Source: a candidate division WOR-3 bacterium
GTDB taxonomy: Bacteria; Hydrothermota; 32-111
DNA: 64,000 nt
Assembly: GCA_037481815.1 (NCBI GenBank)
Contig: JBBFKX010000001.1
Coordinates: 640,001 to 704,000 of the forward strand
Direction: 5' to 3'
Shown here: positions 39,633 to 49,387 of the stretch, in pieces
How positions within the stretch are numbered: the first letter of the stretch is position 1
Layout of the letters: every line of letters begins with the position of its first letter
Position numbers and translations under genes: made by a program
Notes under the pieces: generated by a model
Databases searched by the model: none
Seen by the model: the letters and a program-made list of their open reading frames with translations, nothing else
What the model was told of the DNA's origin: nothing

Positions 39633-41447
39633 TTATTTTATTAGGGTAAAATCTTTTGTCAAAACTTCTTTTGTATTTTTGTAAACTTTCAGAATGTATT
39701 TACCTGATGAAAGTTTCGAAAGATCAACGATTTTTTCTGTTGATACATTTTCAGTCAACACATTTCTCCCTGAAAGGTCAAATATTTTTAAGTTCACAGA
39801 GTTTATTGATGATACGGAAATTTTCAAAGGTGAAACAAATTTTATGTTGATATCTTTTGAAATTTTTGAAAGTTCATCAACACCTGAGACCTTTTCAATC
39901 CAGATCGAGTCAACTGTTGGAGTTGTTTCCATTTTTGATGTTGTAAAATCGATTCTATACTGGATATAGTGATGCCCTGCCTGATTTGTTATCGAAGATA
40001 TTGTTGCTAAGTTTGAAGAATAACTGTTGTATGTTGTTATAGATGGACATGATGCCCAGTCAGTTGCTGTTGCCATCGTTGAGTCGGATGATGATCTCAT
40101 CTTTAAAGTGAAGGTTGTAAACGATGGTTTGTTGAATGTTATGAATACATTATAAAGATCAAAATAATCTGATACTAATACAGCATCGTATTTGTCAATG
40201 TTAATCGCAGAAGAGATAAGATATCCATTTTTGAAGTAACTGTCATAATAGATCTTTCCACCTGTGGTTGAACTTGTGGTTCCGACACCATAGGAGTGTT
40301 CTCCCAGTTTTATAAATCCAACAGCAGCAACATCTGTGATAGCATCACAAAGGGTGAATGTTGCACCATTATCTGTTGATTTATATAAAGCACCTGGATA
40401 AGTTGCTGTAACATAAATCGTTGCACCATTATCAGGTGAATAGATTCCCGTAATATCTGAAGTATCTGGAATAACGCCAGTTGTATCAAGTGTTATCCAG
40501 TTCTGTCCACAATCATCAGACCTATATAGCCCACCACCAAAAGTTCCATAACTTCCTGTATAAAGTGATGTCCCTATTTTTTCAATCGTTGTTAAAGCAA
40601 ATGGCTCTCCATTATTTGTAAAATATGTATCAACAACACCTGATGGAACCCATGATCCGCCTCTATCATAGGAAATATAAACTGGCTCACCATACAAAAG
40701 ATTATCACCACATGCTATCAGCGTATCACCATTATATTTTATGATTTTATTAACCAAAAGATATCCAATCGTATCGATTTTTGTATATGTTGCAAACCTA
40801 TCGGTTGTTAAAAATATCTGTCCATCAAAATCTGCAGTTCCCACATCAGGATCACCACCTGCGATTAAAAATGTATCACCGTTAAGATGCACAATGTCAT
40901 AAACTCTTGCAGCTTCTATTGGTTGTAAAATGCCTGTTCCAGACCATGTTTTCATATCGCCACTTTTATAGATAAAACCAAAATTTATGGCACCCCAGTA
41001 TCCACCAGCAAAAATTGTATCGTTAACTTTTTCAAATGCTAAAAGTTCACAATTGTTCTGGTTTACAGGTAAAGTATCAAAACTTGTCCATGTTTGACCT
41101 TTACTTGTTGAATAAGAAAGGTTTGCTTTCTTTCCACCAACAGCAAAGATTGTATCATTAATGTTGATAAGATCATTGACAATAGTAACACTTCCTGCGG
41201 CAGCAGGAGGATATGTAGCAATCACTGCAAAATTTGTATCCTCAATAAAGTCAAGGGTTAAAGGCGTTGTTAAAAAGTGTATCCTTTCAGAAGTTAAAAA
41301 CTTTGTGTTATCATCATAAACCTGCTGTCCAGGTCCACCAGCCCATGATGTCTGTTTGAAAGGATATTTCACATTAGGTCCTGTATAGGAGAAGAGCAGA
41401 ATTGAAACAATTAAAAGAACAGTTAGAACAAGTAACTTTTTGAACAT
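39633..41447 (-). CDS. secreted BNR/Asp-box beta-propeller protein with T9SS type A-like C-terminal domain
   Basis: Repeated SxDxGxTW boxes (SYDRGGSW, SDDCGQNW, STDNGATF); C-terminal IFDLSGR...LSSGKYILKV; GGAGG RBS. Confidence 0.85.
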   Translation of the reverse strand: MFKKLLVLTVLLIVSILLFSYTGPNVKYPFKQTSWAGGPGQQVYDDNTKFLTSERIHFLTTPLTLDFIEDTNFAVIATYPPAAAGSVTIVNDLININDTIFAVGGKKANLSYSTSKGQTWTSFDTLPVNQNNCELLAFEKVNDTIFAGGYWGAINFGFIYKSGDMKTWSGTGILQPIEAARVYDIVHLNGDTFLIAGGDPDVGTADFDGQIFLTTDRFATYTKIDTIGYLLVNKIIKYNGDTLIACGDNLLYGEPVYISYDRGGSWVPSGVVDTYFTNNGEPFALTTIEKIGTSLYTGSYGTFGGGLYRSDDCGQNWITLDTTGVIPDTSDITGIYSPDNGATIYVTATYPGALYKSTDNGATFTLCDAITDVAAVGFIKLGEHSYGVGTTSSTTGGKIYYDSYFKNGYLISSAINIDKYDAVLVSDYFDLYNVFITFNKPSFTTFTLKMRSSSDSTMATATDWASCPSITTYNSYSSNLATISSITNQAGHHYIQYRIDFTTSKMETTPTVDSIWIEKVSGVDELSKISKDINIKFVSPLKISVSSINSVNLKIFDLSGRNVLTENVSTEKIVDLSKLSSGKYILKVYKNTKEVLTKDFTLIK

Positions 41448-41458
41448 AAAACCTCCAG

Positions 41459-43618
41459 TTAAAATTTAACAATCTTTTTGATTTTTCCCCCTTCAAGTTT
41501 CTTAAAATAAACTCCCCTTTTTAAAACACCTTCAACAACTTTTCTTCCACTTAAATCATAAATTTCATTTTTATTTATAAAACTAAATTTGGATATTTCA
41601 ACATCAATATCCATCTCTTTTGTTTCTCCCCCATAACTTAAAAGTTTAAGATTATAACTATTTTTACCTATTTTGGGTGTTCTGTCAAGAGCAAAGTTGT
41701 TGTAAATTTCAACTTTTTTTGAAAGAGTTTTATTGACACATTCCAGAATTCTATAATTTATATCGTTCAAAATAATTTTTACATAATTTTGATTCTTTTC
41801 AATTGAAAAAATTATCTGATCAGTTCTGACCGATTGACTCCTTAAACTTCTGAAAACATTTAAAAATCCATAACCTGTAAAAAGTTCATAATCTCTATCA
41901 ACTGACACTATATCTGCACCTTTTTTTATAAGTTCATAAAGTTGATTCACATTCAAATTCGAATCAGCCTGAAGAAGTTGAACCAAAGCAACACCTGTAA
42001 AAATCGATGAATAACTTGTCCCAAAGAAAAATCCAAAAGAGTCCTTGTATCCTATACCATCACTTCCGAATTTATAACTTAAAATATATTTACCTGGAGA
42101 GTATATATCAGGTTTTAAATTGTCTTCACTCTTTGAGTTGAAAGATGAGATTGTAAAAAGTGTATCCTCACTCACAAAAAGATATGTGTTTCTTCTTGAA
42201 AGGTATGAGCCAGAAGATATCACATTTTCAATCAAAGCGGGATCACATAAAGTTTTCTTTCTGTCTCCATCAACAAAATTTTCATATGATGGTTTTACAA
42301 ATGTTCCACCTCTTGAAATGAAAAATTCAACTGGATTCTCTTTCAATGTTTTAAAGATCTGGATTCCAAGGTAACTTTTGCTTTGATGTTCAAATACAAG
42401 ATGTGAAAAATTTTTTTCATCGTTAAACCCAAAACCTAAGAAGAAATCTTTACCATAACAATAAAAAACCGGATTATCTTTTAAATCGATCCAATCAGAA
42501 ACAAGTAAACTCCCATCTGATACAACAAAAAATCTTATCGAAAGATCGTTGTCGTTTGATATATCCAGATCAAGGTTTTTTGAAGAATCTGTAAGTATAA
42601 GAACAGAACTGTTTGAAAGAATATCCTCATTTTTTACACTATAGGTATCATAAACCTTTGCATGTATCTTCAGATTCCCGAGGTTTCCAGCAGGAACAGA
42701 GATTCCTCTTTTTGTACCGGTTAATGGAAAAAGTTTTTTGATCCCCTCTTCAAACAGATCTTGCCCATTATGGAAGCCCCAATAATAGTTTAATGGCATA
42801 AAAACAACAAACGGTTTTTGAAAATATTCACATTTCTGTACAAGATATTTTAATCCATCAAGAACATTTTTTGTGTTCAAATATGTGTTGACCGCTATTA
42901 TTTTTGATTTTTTTATCAAACCCTCTGAAAAGTAGGATTCGGAAGAGAGGATCGAAAGAAGAGATGTTCCATGACCTTTAACATCCTCCATATAATAGTT
43001 CAAAACATTTAAAGAATCTATCTCTTCTCCATAACCAAAATTTTCTGGTGGGAATGGAGAAAAGCCCTTCTGGTTCCAGATAAGTTTGAACTTTGAAAGA
43101 TTATCCTTTTTGAAAATTACAAGTGAGGGTAAAAAACCTTCATCTATAAAACCGATGTTTACACCTTCACCATCATATCCCATATCAACCATCTGTGAAA
43201 TTCTTGTCCAGTAAGCACCACTATCAGCCGACTGGAACATCGGTTTTGAAATTTCACAAAAATTCAAAAAGTTCGAATCTGAAAGTTCTTTCAAGTGTGA
43301 AAAATCGATATAGCCCGTTATCAAAGAATCAGAGATCACAACACTTTCAAAAAGGAATGTTTTTAAACTGTTGACATCACCTTTTAATATAACTGGGATC
43401 TGCGATTTTCTATTCTTTTGAAACTCATACTGGTAGGAAATTATCGAATCTGCGTCTGGAGGATCAAAAACAAATTTTTCTTTGAGTTCACTCAAAAAGA
43501 TCTCATTTCCTAAATCCTCTGAAAAATATGAGATCAAGGTGGGGTCAAGTTTGGAAAGGTTTAAAGAAAAGAGGTTGAAAAAAATAACCAGAGGAAAAAT
43601 TTTAAAAAAAATTTTCAT
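41459..43618 (-). CDS. divergent S8 peptidase (Csp-like, with inserted domain) and short C-terminal sorting-like domain
   Basis: FIDEG, GHGT, PAGN, KPDIYSPG, GTSYSS, GYG; C-terminal IYDLSGRKV...GVYF. Confidence 0.75.
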   Translation of the reverse strand: MKIFFKIFPLVIFFNLFSLNLSKLDPTLISYFSEDLGNEIFLSELKEKFVFDPPDADSIISYQYEFQKNRKSQIPVILKGDVNSLKTFLFESVVISDSLITGYIDFSHLKELSDSNFLNFCEISKPMFQSADSGAYWTRISQMVDMGYDGEGVNIGFIDEGFLPSLVIFKKDNLSKFKLIWNQKGFSPFPPENFGYGEEIDSLNVLNYYMEDVKGHGTSLLSILSSESYFSEGLIKKSKIIAVNTYLNTKNVLDGLKYLVQKCEYFQKPFVVFMPLNYYWGFHNGQDLFEEGIKKLFPLTGTKRGISVPAGNLGNLKIHAKVYDTYSVKNEDILSNSSVLILTDSSKNLDLDISNDNDLSIRFFVVSDGSLLVSDWIDLKDNPVFYCYGKDFFLGFGFNDEKNFSHLVFEHQSKSYLGIQIFKTLKENPVEFFISRGGTFVKPSYENFVDGDRKKTLCDPALIENVISSGSYLSRRNTYLFVSEDTLFTISSFNSKSEDNLKPDIYSPGKYILSYKFGSDGIGYKDSFGFFFGTSYSSIFTGVALVQLLQADSNLNVNQLYELIKKGADIVSVDRDYELFTGYGFLNVFRSLRSQSVRTDQIIFSIEKNQNYVKIILNDINYRILECVNKTLSKKVEIYNNFALDRTPKIGKNSYNLKLLSYGGETKEMDIDVEISKFSFINKNEIYDLSGRKVVEGVLKRGVYFKKLEGGKIKKIVKF

Positions 43619-43625
43619 AATATTT

Positions 43626-43655
43626 ATTGTAAACCTAAAGTTAGAGTGTTGTCAA
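43626..43655 (-). promoter_or_regulatory. sigma70 promoter of divergent S8 gene
   Basis: TTGACA-18-TACAAT, 7 nt before the ATG. Confidence 0.65.
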
Positions 43656-43676
43656 CAATTATCTTAAAACAAACTA

Positions 43677-43704
43677 TTGACATTTAAAAATTTTTTCGTA
43701 TTAT
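43677..43704 (+). promoter_or_regulatory. sigma70 promoter of tRNA-Phe/Leu
   Basis: TTGACA-16-TATTAT. Confidence 0.7.
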
Positions 43705-43715
43705 TTTTGTTTTAA

Positions 43716-43788
<73 letters not shown>

Positions 43789-43792
43789 CTCT

Positions 43793-43873
43793 GCCGGGGT
43801 GGCGAAACTGGCAGACGCGCACGTTTGAGGGGCGTGTGGGCTTCCCGTAGGGGTTCAAGTCCCCTCCCCGGCA
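43793..43873 (+). tRNA. tRNA-Leu(GAG)
   Basis: Acceptor GCCGGGG/CCCCGGC, loop TTGAGGG, variable arm, GGTTCAAGTCC. Confidence 0.95.
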
Positions 43874-43878
43874 TTAAA

Positions 43879-45564
43879 TCAAAAGGTTGTTGGTGGTATT
43901 TCATCTTTCAAAGATTTTTTCCTCTCATTCTTTATGGCAACATATATCGAATAGAAAATATTCCCTGAAAGTATAATAAAACCTATCAAAAAGAAAAATA
44001 AAGCACCCCAGTTTATTCCTCTATATTTTTCATAAAGCACATAGATAACAGAAATAATGAAAAGAAATACAAGATATAGTTTCCCGACATTTGAAACATC
44101 TTTTAAGTTCTTTCCATTACTCACAAAAATTGAGATCAAAAGTGTTAAGAAAACAACAAGAAAACCACCTAAAATCCTCGCTGTTAAAGAATAACCTTCG
44201 TAAGGTTTTTTAAACTCGCTGAATATCGAATATGAAAGAAGCACTATCAAAAATATAGGAACAATATATTTTATCGATATCTCAAAAATTTTATCAACAT
44301 TTATCTCTGAAACCGAATTTATAAAACTTCTCAACCTGTCACTACCAAAAAACCATGCAACAATAATAGTTTCCAAAAGACCAACAACCAAAAGCCCGTA
44401 GGTTAAAATCCAGTGGTCAACGATATCGAGCCATAATATTCCACTTCCAAAACAGTACAAAAGTCCAAACAAAAGATCTATACCAACTATTATTAACACA
44501 GATTTTCTTCTTGAAAAGTTGAATCTATCTTTAAGACCTGTAACAACCGCCTCTATAAGTGAAACAAGAGATGTTAAACCTAAAAATAAAAGCATCAAAA
44601 AAAATAAGACCCCAAAAATGTTAGGGAACGCTGGAATCTTCGCGATCGCTTCAGGATATGTTACAAATGCGAGTCCCGGACCTCCCAACCTTAACGAATC
44701 AATAGATACATTGTTTGAAAATGCAAGGAATCCAACAGTTGAAAAAACTGTTATTCCTGCTATAAACTCAACAAGAGAGTTCGTAAATCCAGTTATTTTA
44801 GCGTTGTTTGCTATATCGGTTTTTTCATCCCTGTAACTCGCATACGCAATAAGAATTCCAAATCCAAGAGAGAGTGTGTAAAATATCTGTGAAAACGCCT
44901 CGATCCAGACATTTAAAGAAAGAAGTTTTTTAAAATCAGGAGTGAAGAATTTTTCCACTCCATTCAAAGAACCTTTAAGAGTGATACCCCTTAAAAGAAG
45001 AACAAAAAGAATAAAAAAAGATAATGGTAACAAAAATGTGTTGAACTTCCCAAGTGTTTTGATTCCTTTTATTATTATAAAACCTGTGATCAACCATATT
45101 ACAACCAGTCCTATGAATATGTTCAAATTAAAAGTTGAAAAATCAAAAGGTGTTGAGGATACATTTAAAAAATCGTTGAAGAAAAAGTTCACACTACCTG
45201 ATATGTTCCACGAAAGATTTAAAGAGAAGAAAAGATAGTTCAAAGCCCATGACAGAACAACAGCATAGTATGAACAGATAACAGTTCCAACAAATATTGC
45301 AAACCATCCAAGCCATTCCCATTTTTTTGAAATCATCGAAAAAGTTTTTGCAGCCGAACCCTGAAACTTCTGTCCTATCGCTGTTTCCATCATCAACAAA
45401 GGGATCCCCGCGACAAAAAGTGCAACAAAGTATGGTATAAGAAATGCACCACCACCATTTCTATAAGCGATAAAAGGGAATCTCCACACATTACCAAGAC
45501 CAACAGCGGAACCTATTGTTGAAAGCACAAAAGCGACTCTTGAACCCCACCTTTCTCTTTCCAT
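43879..45564 (-). CDS. NSS (SNF) family sodium-dependent amino acid transporter
   Basis: RERWGSR, GSAVGLGNVWRFP, NGGGAFLIPY, GPGLAFVTYP. Confidence 0.95.
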   Translation of the reverse strand: MERERWGSRVAFVLSTIGSAVGLGNVWRFPFIAYRNGGGAFLIPYFVALFVAGIPLLMMETAIGQKFQGSAAKTFSMISKKWEWLGWFAIFVGTVICSYYAVVLSWALNYLFFSLNLSWNISGSVNFFFNDFLNVSSTPFDFSTFNLNIFIGLVVIWLITGFIIIKGIKTLGKFNTFLLPLSFFILFVLLLRGITLKGSLNGVEKFFTPDFKKLLSLNVWIEAFSQIFYTLSLGFGILIAYASYRDEKTDIANNAKITGFTNSLVEFIAGITVFSTVGFLAFSNNVSIDSLRLGGPGLAFVTYPEAIAKIPAFPNIFGVLFFLMLLFLGLTSLVSLIEAVVTGLKDRFNFSRRKSVLIIVGIDLLFGLLYCFGSGILWLDIVDHWILTYGLLVVGLLETIIVAWFFGSDRLRSFINSVSEINVDKIFEISIKYIVPIFLIVLLSYSIFSEFKKPYEGYSLTARILGGFLVVFLTLLISIFVSNGKNLKDVSNVGKLYLVFLFIISVIYVLYEKYRGINWGALFFFLIGFIILSGNIFYSIYVAIKNERKKSLKDEIPPTTF

Positions 45565-45572
45565 TGAACCTC

Positions 45573-46568
45573 CTATTTTTGTATAACACCGGAAAGAACA
45601 ACTTTATCTTCATTATATAAAACAGATATTTGGCCTGGAGTGACACCATAGATGTAATCTTTTGTTTTCACTTTAACAAGATTTCTTTGTTTTTCTATTG
45701 AACAATCAACCTCTTCGTTTCTGTATCTTATTTTCACTTTTAAATCACTTTCCTCAACTGAAAATTTTTCTATCGGATAAATAAAAAACTCCTTCACTTT
45801 TAAACCTTCCCTCTTGCATACAACTATTCGATTTTCCTGTGGTATTATTTTTTTTACAAAGAGTTTTTCATCCATTCCTCCGATCTTAACATTCTGTCCG
45901 ATTGTGAATTTGAAATATCCTGAATGTTTTTTCAAAACTTTTCCTTTTTCATCCACCATCTCTCCCTCTTGATCTGAGAAATTATTTTCTTTCAAAAAAG
46001 ATACATAATCGTCTTTTATAAAACAGATATCCTGACTCTCCTTTTCAAAAAATTTTATACCATAACCTGACACAAACTTTTTCACTTCATCTTTCGTTGA
46101 AAAAGATGTTATCGAATTTTCAAAAAATTTTAAGTGTTCCATTTTTACGGTTGAAACATAATAGGATTGATCCTTCCTCTTATCTTTACCTTTGTAAAGA
46201 AAACCATCCTCTACTCTTATGTAATGACCCGTACTGAATTTTTCGATTCCAAGATCTTTCGCCTTTGATAAAAAAAGAGGGAATTTTACCAATCTGTTGC
46301 ATAATGCACACGGATTTGGAGTTTTTCCTTCTCTGTATGTCTTTATAAAATAATCTATGATGGTTTCTTTAAAAAATTTTCTTTTATCTTCAAAAATCAA
46401 ACGGAAGCCGATATTTTTATAAATTTCTTCAACTTTATTTTTTTCAAACAAATTTTTTTCAGTTAAAATCAAAAAATATGGAAAAACTTTATAATCTAAA
46501 TTTTTAAAATATAAAACTGAGGCAAGAGAATCGATACCACCTGAAACCCCGACAAGAATTTTTTTCAT
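45573..46568 (-). CDS. mnmA: tRNA 2-thiouridylase
   Basis: SGGIDS, TPNPCALCN, TGHY, KDQSY, ESQDICF, TPGQ. Confidence 0.93.
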   Translation of the reverse strand: MKKILVGVSGGIDSLASVLYFKNLDYKVFPYFLILTEKNLFEKNKVEEIYKNIGFRLIFEDKRKFFKETIIDYFIKTYREGKTPNPCALCNRLVKFPLFLSKAKDLGIEKFSTGHYIRVEDGFLYKGKDKRKDQSYYVSTVKMEHLKFFENSITSFSTKDEVKKFVSGYGIKFFEKESQDICFIKDDYVSFLKENNFSDQEGEMVDEKGKVLKKHSGYFKFTIGQNVKIGGMDEKLFVKKIIPQENRIVVCKREGLKVKEFFIYPIEKFSVEESDLKVKIRYRNEEVDCSIEKQRNLVKVKTKDYIYGVTPGQISVLYNEDKVVLSGVIQK

Positions 46569-46569
46569 A

Positions 46570-48246
46570 TCATTCAAATTTTACATAAATATAATCGACT
46601 TTCAATAGTTGGTTGTAAAAAGGTGAAAAGATTACTCTGTAATCTTTACCTTTTATCTGGGTTTCAAGTGTTATATTTTCAAGACCAAAATTTACCTTAT
46701 CAAGTATATTTCTGACCTTTCCCTCTTTTCCACTTTCAAAAATTTCGTAAATATTCTTTTGGGCAAAAATTTCTTCAAAAAACTTATTTTTTACAACGAT
46801 ATTCCCATTTTTATCTATCACACATAAAGGTTTATCGCTATCATACCATAAAGGAAAAATTTCAGCAAAAATATCTTCTGAAACTTTCCATTCTTTAGCG
46901 GTGTTGTATTCAAAACCAAAAAGAAGGATGAAAATGTTTTCTTTATGTTCAAAAGATGTTATGTTGAAAAGAATGTTAACAATACTCTTCCCAATTTTAA
47001 TCGGTATAAAAACCATTTTTGAAATTTCATTCTCTATAACAAAATTCAAAGAATCTTTAACAAAACTCGATTTCTCCTCTAAAACAAGATCAAAGAAATT
47101 TTTTTTGAATGTTACCCTGTTATTCGAAAAAAATATTTCACCATTCTCTTTTATAGTAAAAAGATATATACCCTTCGTTTTCAAGATTCCTGAAAGTATC
47201 TTTTCATAAAACTCTTTTTCAGATTCAGTAAGATTTTTTTCTTCAAAAATCTCTTTGAAAATCTCTATATCTTCACTCACCCTTTCCTGTAAATATTTTA
47301 TAAAGAAAATCGCTACTATGATTATCAAAATAAATATGAGTACAATGAAAAAGGTCTGCCATCTAAAGATCGAATCAAAAATCTCTTTAACCTCCACCTC
47401 AGGAGAATAACAGTATATATACCATTTTGAACCATAAACTTCAATATGAGATTTCACAAGAATGAATTTTTCGTTTCTTTTAAAAATACCGAAAGAGTTC
47501 AACGATGATAACCTCAGTGAAATAAAATTCTGGTTTGAATCTATCAGTGAAGTATCATCTATAAAAAAGAATTTGTTGATGTTCGATATATTTTCAAACT
47601 CTTTGAAAAAATCTGGAGAATAAACTATCTTTCCATCACCGTTAAAAACGATCAAAAATGAATTTTCTGTTGGTTTTATATCTGACAGGTATTCTTCATA
47701 TAAAAGGTTAAAAGGAAGAAGATAGGTAAACGCTCCATCAAAAACTCGATTTTTGAAAACTGGATGCGCAAGTGCTATTGCTTTAAAACCCTGAACTGCA
47801 AGAAACGGTTTTGAGATAACAAACCTTTTTTCTGTAAAAACTTTTTTGTTATGTTCCTGATAAAGAACATTCTGGTTTATGAACTCTTTTTGATATGGTG
47901 AGGTGTATGAGATCTTTCCTGTTCTATCGATTCTTGTGACAGCAGCATATCTTTTATGATTTATTTTCTGTATTGAATCTATTAAAAATTTTCCAAGGGG
48001 AGTCAAACTTATTATATCTTTATTTTTGCTATATATTGAAAGTTCCTCGATGTTTCTCTGTAAACAGTTGTATATACCGTGTTTTGCTGTTTCTATAAGA
48101 CCTTTTGTTATCGAAAGATGGTTCTCGTATACAAGACGAATCAAAAACATATTCGTGAGTAAATACACGAACGATAATATCATTAAAAATACTATTACAA
48201 AAACAAGAAAGGATTTAAAAAGGTTTTTTATATTCCCATTCGCCAT
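46570..48246 (-). CDS. membrane sensor with Cache domain and PAS-like cytoplasmic domains; no output domain evident
   Basis: TM - ISKPFLAVQGFKAIALAHPV (Cache-like) - TM - two PAS-like segments (TIKENGEIFFSN, VIDKNGNIVVKN). Confidence 0.7.
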   Translation of the reverse strand: MANGNIKNLFKSFLVFVIVFLMILSFVYLLTNMFLIRLVYENHLSITKGLIETAKHGIYNCLQRNIEELSIYSKNKDIISLTPLGKFLIDSIQKINHKRYAAVTRIDRTGKISYTSPYQKEFINQNVLYQEHNKKVFTEKRFVISKPFLAVQGFKAIALAHPVFKNRVFDGAFTYLLPFNLLYEEYLSDIKPTENSFLIVFNGDGKIVYSPDFFKEFENISNINKFFFIDDTSLIDSNQNFISLRLSSLNSFGIFKRNEKFILVKSHIEVYGSKWYIYCYSPEVEVKEIFDSIFRWQTFFIVLIFILIIIVAIFFIKYLQERVSEDIEIFKEIFEEKNLTESEKEFYEKILSGILKTKGIYLFTIKENGEIFFSNNRVTFKKNFFDLVLEEKSSFVKDSLNFVIENEISKMVFIPIKIGKSIVNILFNITSFEHKENIFILLFGFEYNTAKEWKVSEDIFAEIFPLWYDSDKPLCVIDKNGNIVVKNKFFEEIFAQKNIYEIFESGKEGKVRNILDKVNFGLENITLETQIKGKDYRVIFSPFYNQLLKVDYIYVKFE

Positions 48247-48253
48247 TAATAAA

Positions 48254-48282
48254 ATTTTATGGTAGATTTAAAGTTAAGTCAA
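48254..48282 (-). promoter_or_regulatory. sigma70 promoter of Cache sensor-mnmA
   Basis: TTGACT-17-TAAAAT, 7 nt before the ATG. Confidence 0.7.
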
Positions 48283-48286
48283 TAGA

Positions 48287-49387
48287 TTAAAATATCAAAA
48301 AAGAAGTATCACCTTTTTTGTAAAATGACATTTTATATCCGTTGTTTCCAAGTATTTCCCTTTTGATATGATCTTTTGAAAGATTTTTTATCGCTTCCGC
48401 AAGATTTTTGTAATCTTTTTCCTTTACAATTATACAGTTGAAACCATCTATCAAAACATCTTTTGAACCACCTGAGCCAGTTGCAATGATCGGTAATCTA
48501 AAAGCTCCAGCTTCAAGGTAAACTATTCCAAATCCCTCAAAATCTCCTTTATGGTAAAAAACAGGTAAAACGAAAATGTCAGATTCCTCATAGAGTTTGT
48601 AAACTTCACTGTTTTTTAAATCCGTCTTTATGAAAACTTTTTCTTCAAGTTTAAAATCTTTTATCAACTTTTCAAGTTTTTCTCTATAACTTCCATTTCC
48701 GACGATATAGTACCTAAAATCTATTTCCTCTTTTAAAGTTTCGAGAGCCTTTAAAACATACTGGATACCTTTTCTTGGAGTGAACTGTGCAACTGATATC
48801 AAATTTATCGTACATTTCTTTTTATACTCTTTTTGTTCGATCCTTTTACCTGTGTATCTTGGTGAGATTATAAAAATTTCTTTTCTGGTGATTTTTTTTA
48901 AAATACTTTCAGTGTAAGAACTTATAGTTATTATCCTGTCAACTCTGTTCAACAAAAATTTTCTTAAAATGTTTATAAAACCTGATTTTCTTTTAAGATA
49001 TCGATCAAAAATGTTTACATCCGTTCCATAAGCAAAACAAACAATTTTCGTTTTGGGATAAAATTTTTTGTAAAGATATGAAAATATCGTTGTTGGTATA
49101 ACCGATTCAGAGTAAATGTAATCTATCCTTCCCCTATTTTTGAAAAGAAATTTTATTATCTTAAAGTAAAAATCCAGCCGATTAAATCTCCCCTTTAGTG
49201 GAAGATTGTTTGATCTGATGATATCTCTGAAAATCCTCAAATCCTCTTCAGGTTCAGTGAAAAGAGGTGTCTGGGTTATCACGACGAGTTGATCTTTGTA
49301 TTTGTATTCTTTGAAAACGCTGTAAAGATAATGTGAAATTCCACCTCTATATGGGGGAAAAGATATCGACAGTAAAACCTTTATCAT
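48287..49387 (-). CDS. GT4 glycosyltransferase
   Basis: FPPYRGGI, PRKG, EGFGIVYLEA. Confidence 0.9.
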   Translation of the reverse strand: MIKVLLSISFPPYRGGISHYLYSVFKEYKYKDQLVVITQTPLFTEPEEDLRIFRDIIRSNNLPLKGRFNRLDFYFKIIKFLFKNRGRIDYIYSESVIPTTIFSYLYKKFYPKTKIVCFAYGTDVNIFDRYLKRKSGFINILRKFLLNRVDRIITISSYTESILKKITRKEIFIISPRYTGKRIEQKEYKKKCTINLISVAQFTPRKGIQYVLKALETLKEEIDFRYYIVGNGSYREKLEKLIKDFKLEEKVFIKTDLKNSEVYKLYEESDIFVLPVFYHKGDFEGFGIVYLEAGAFRLPIIATGSGGSKDVLIDGFNCIIVKEKDYKNLAEAIKNLSKDHIKREILGNNGYKMSFYKKGDTSFLIF

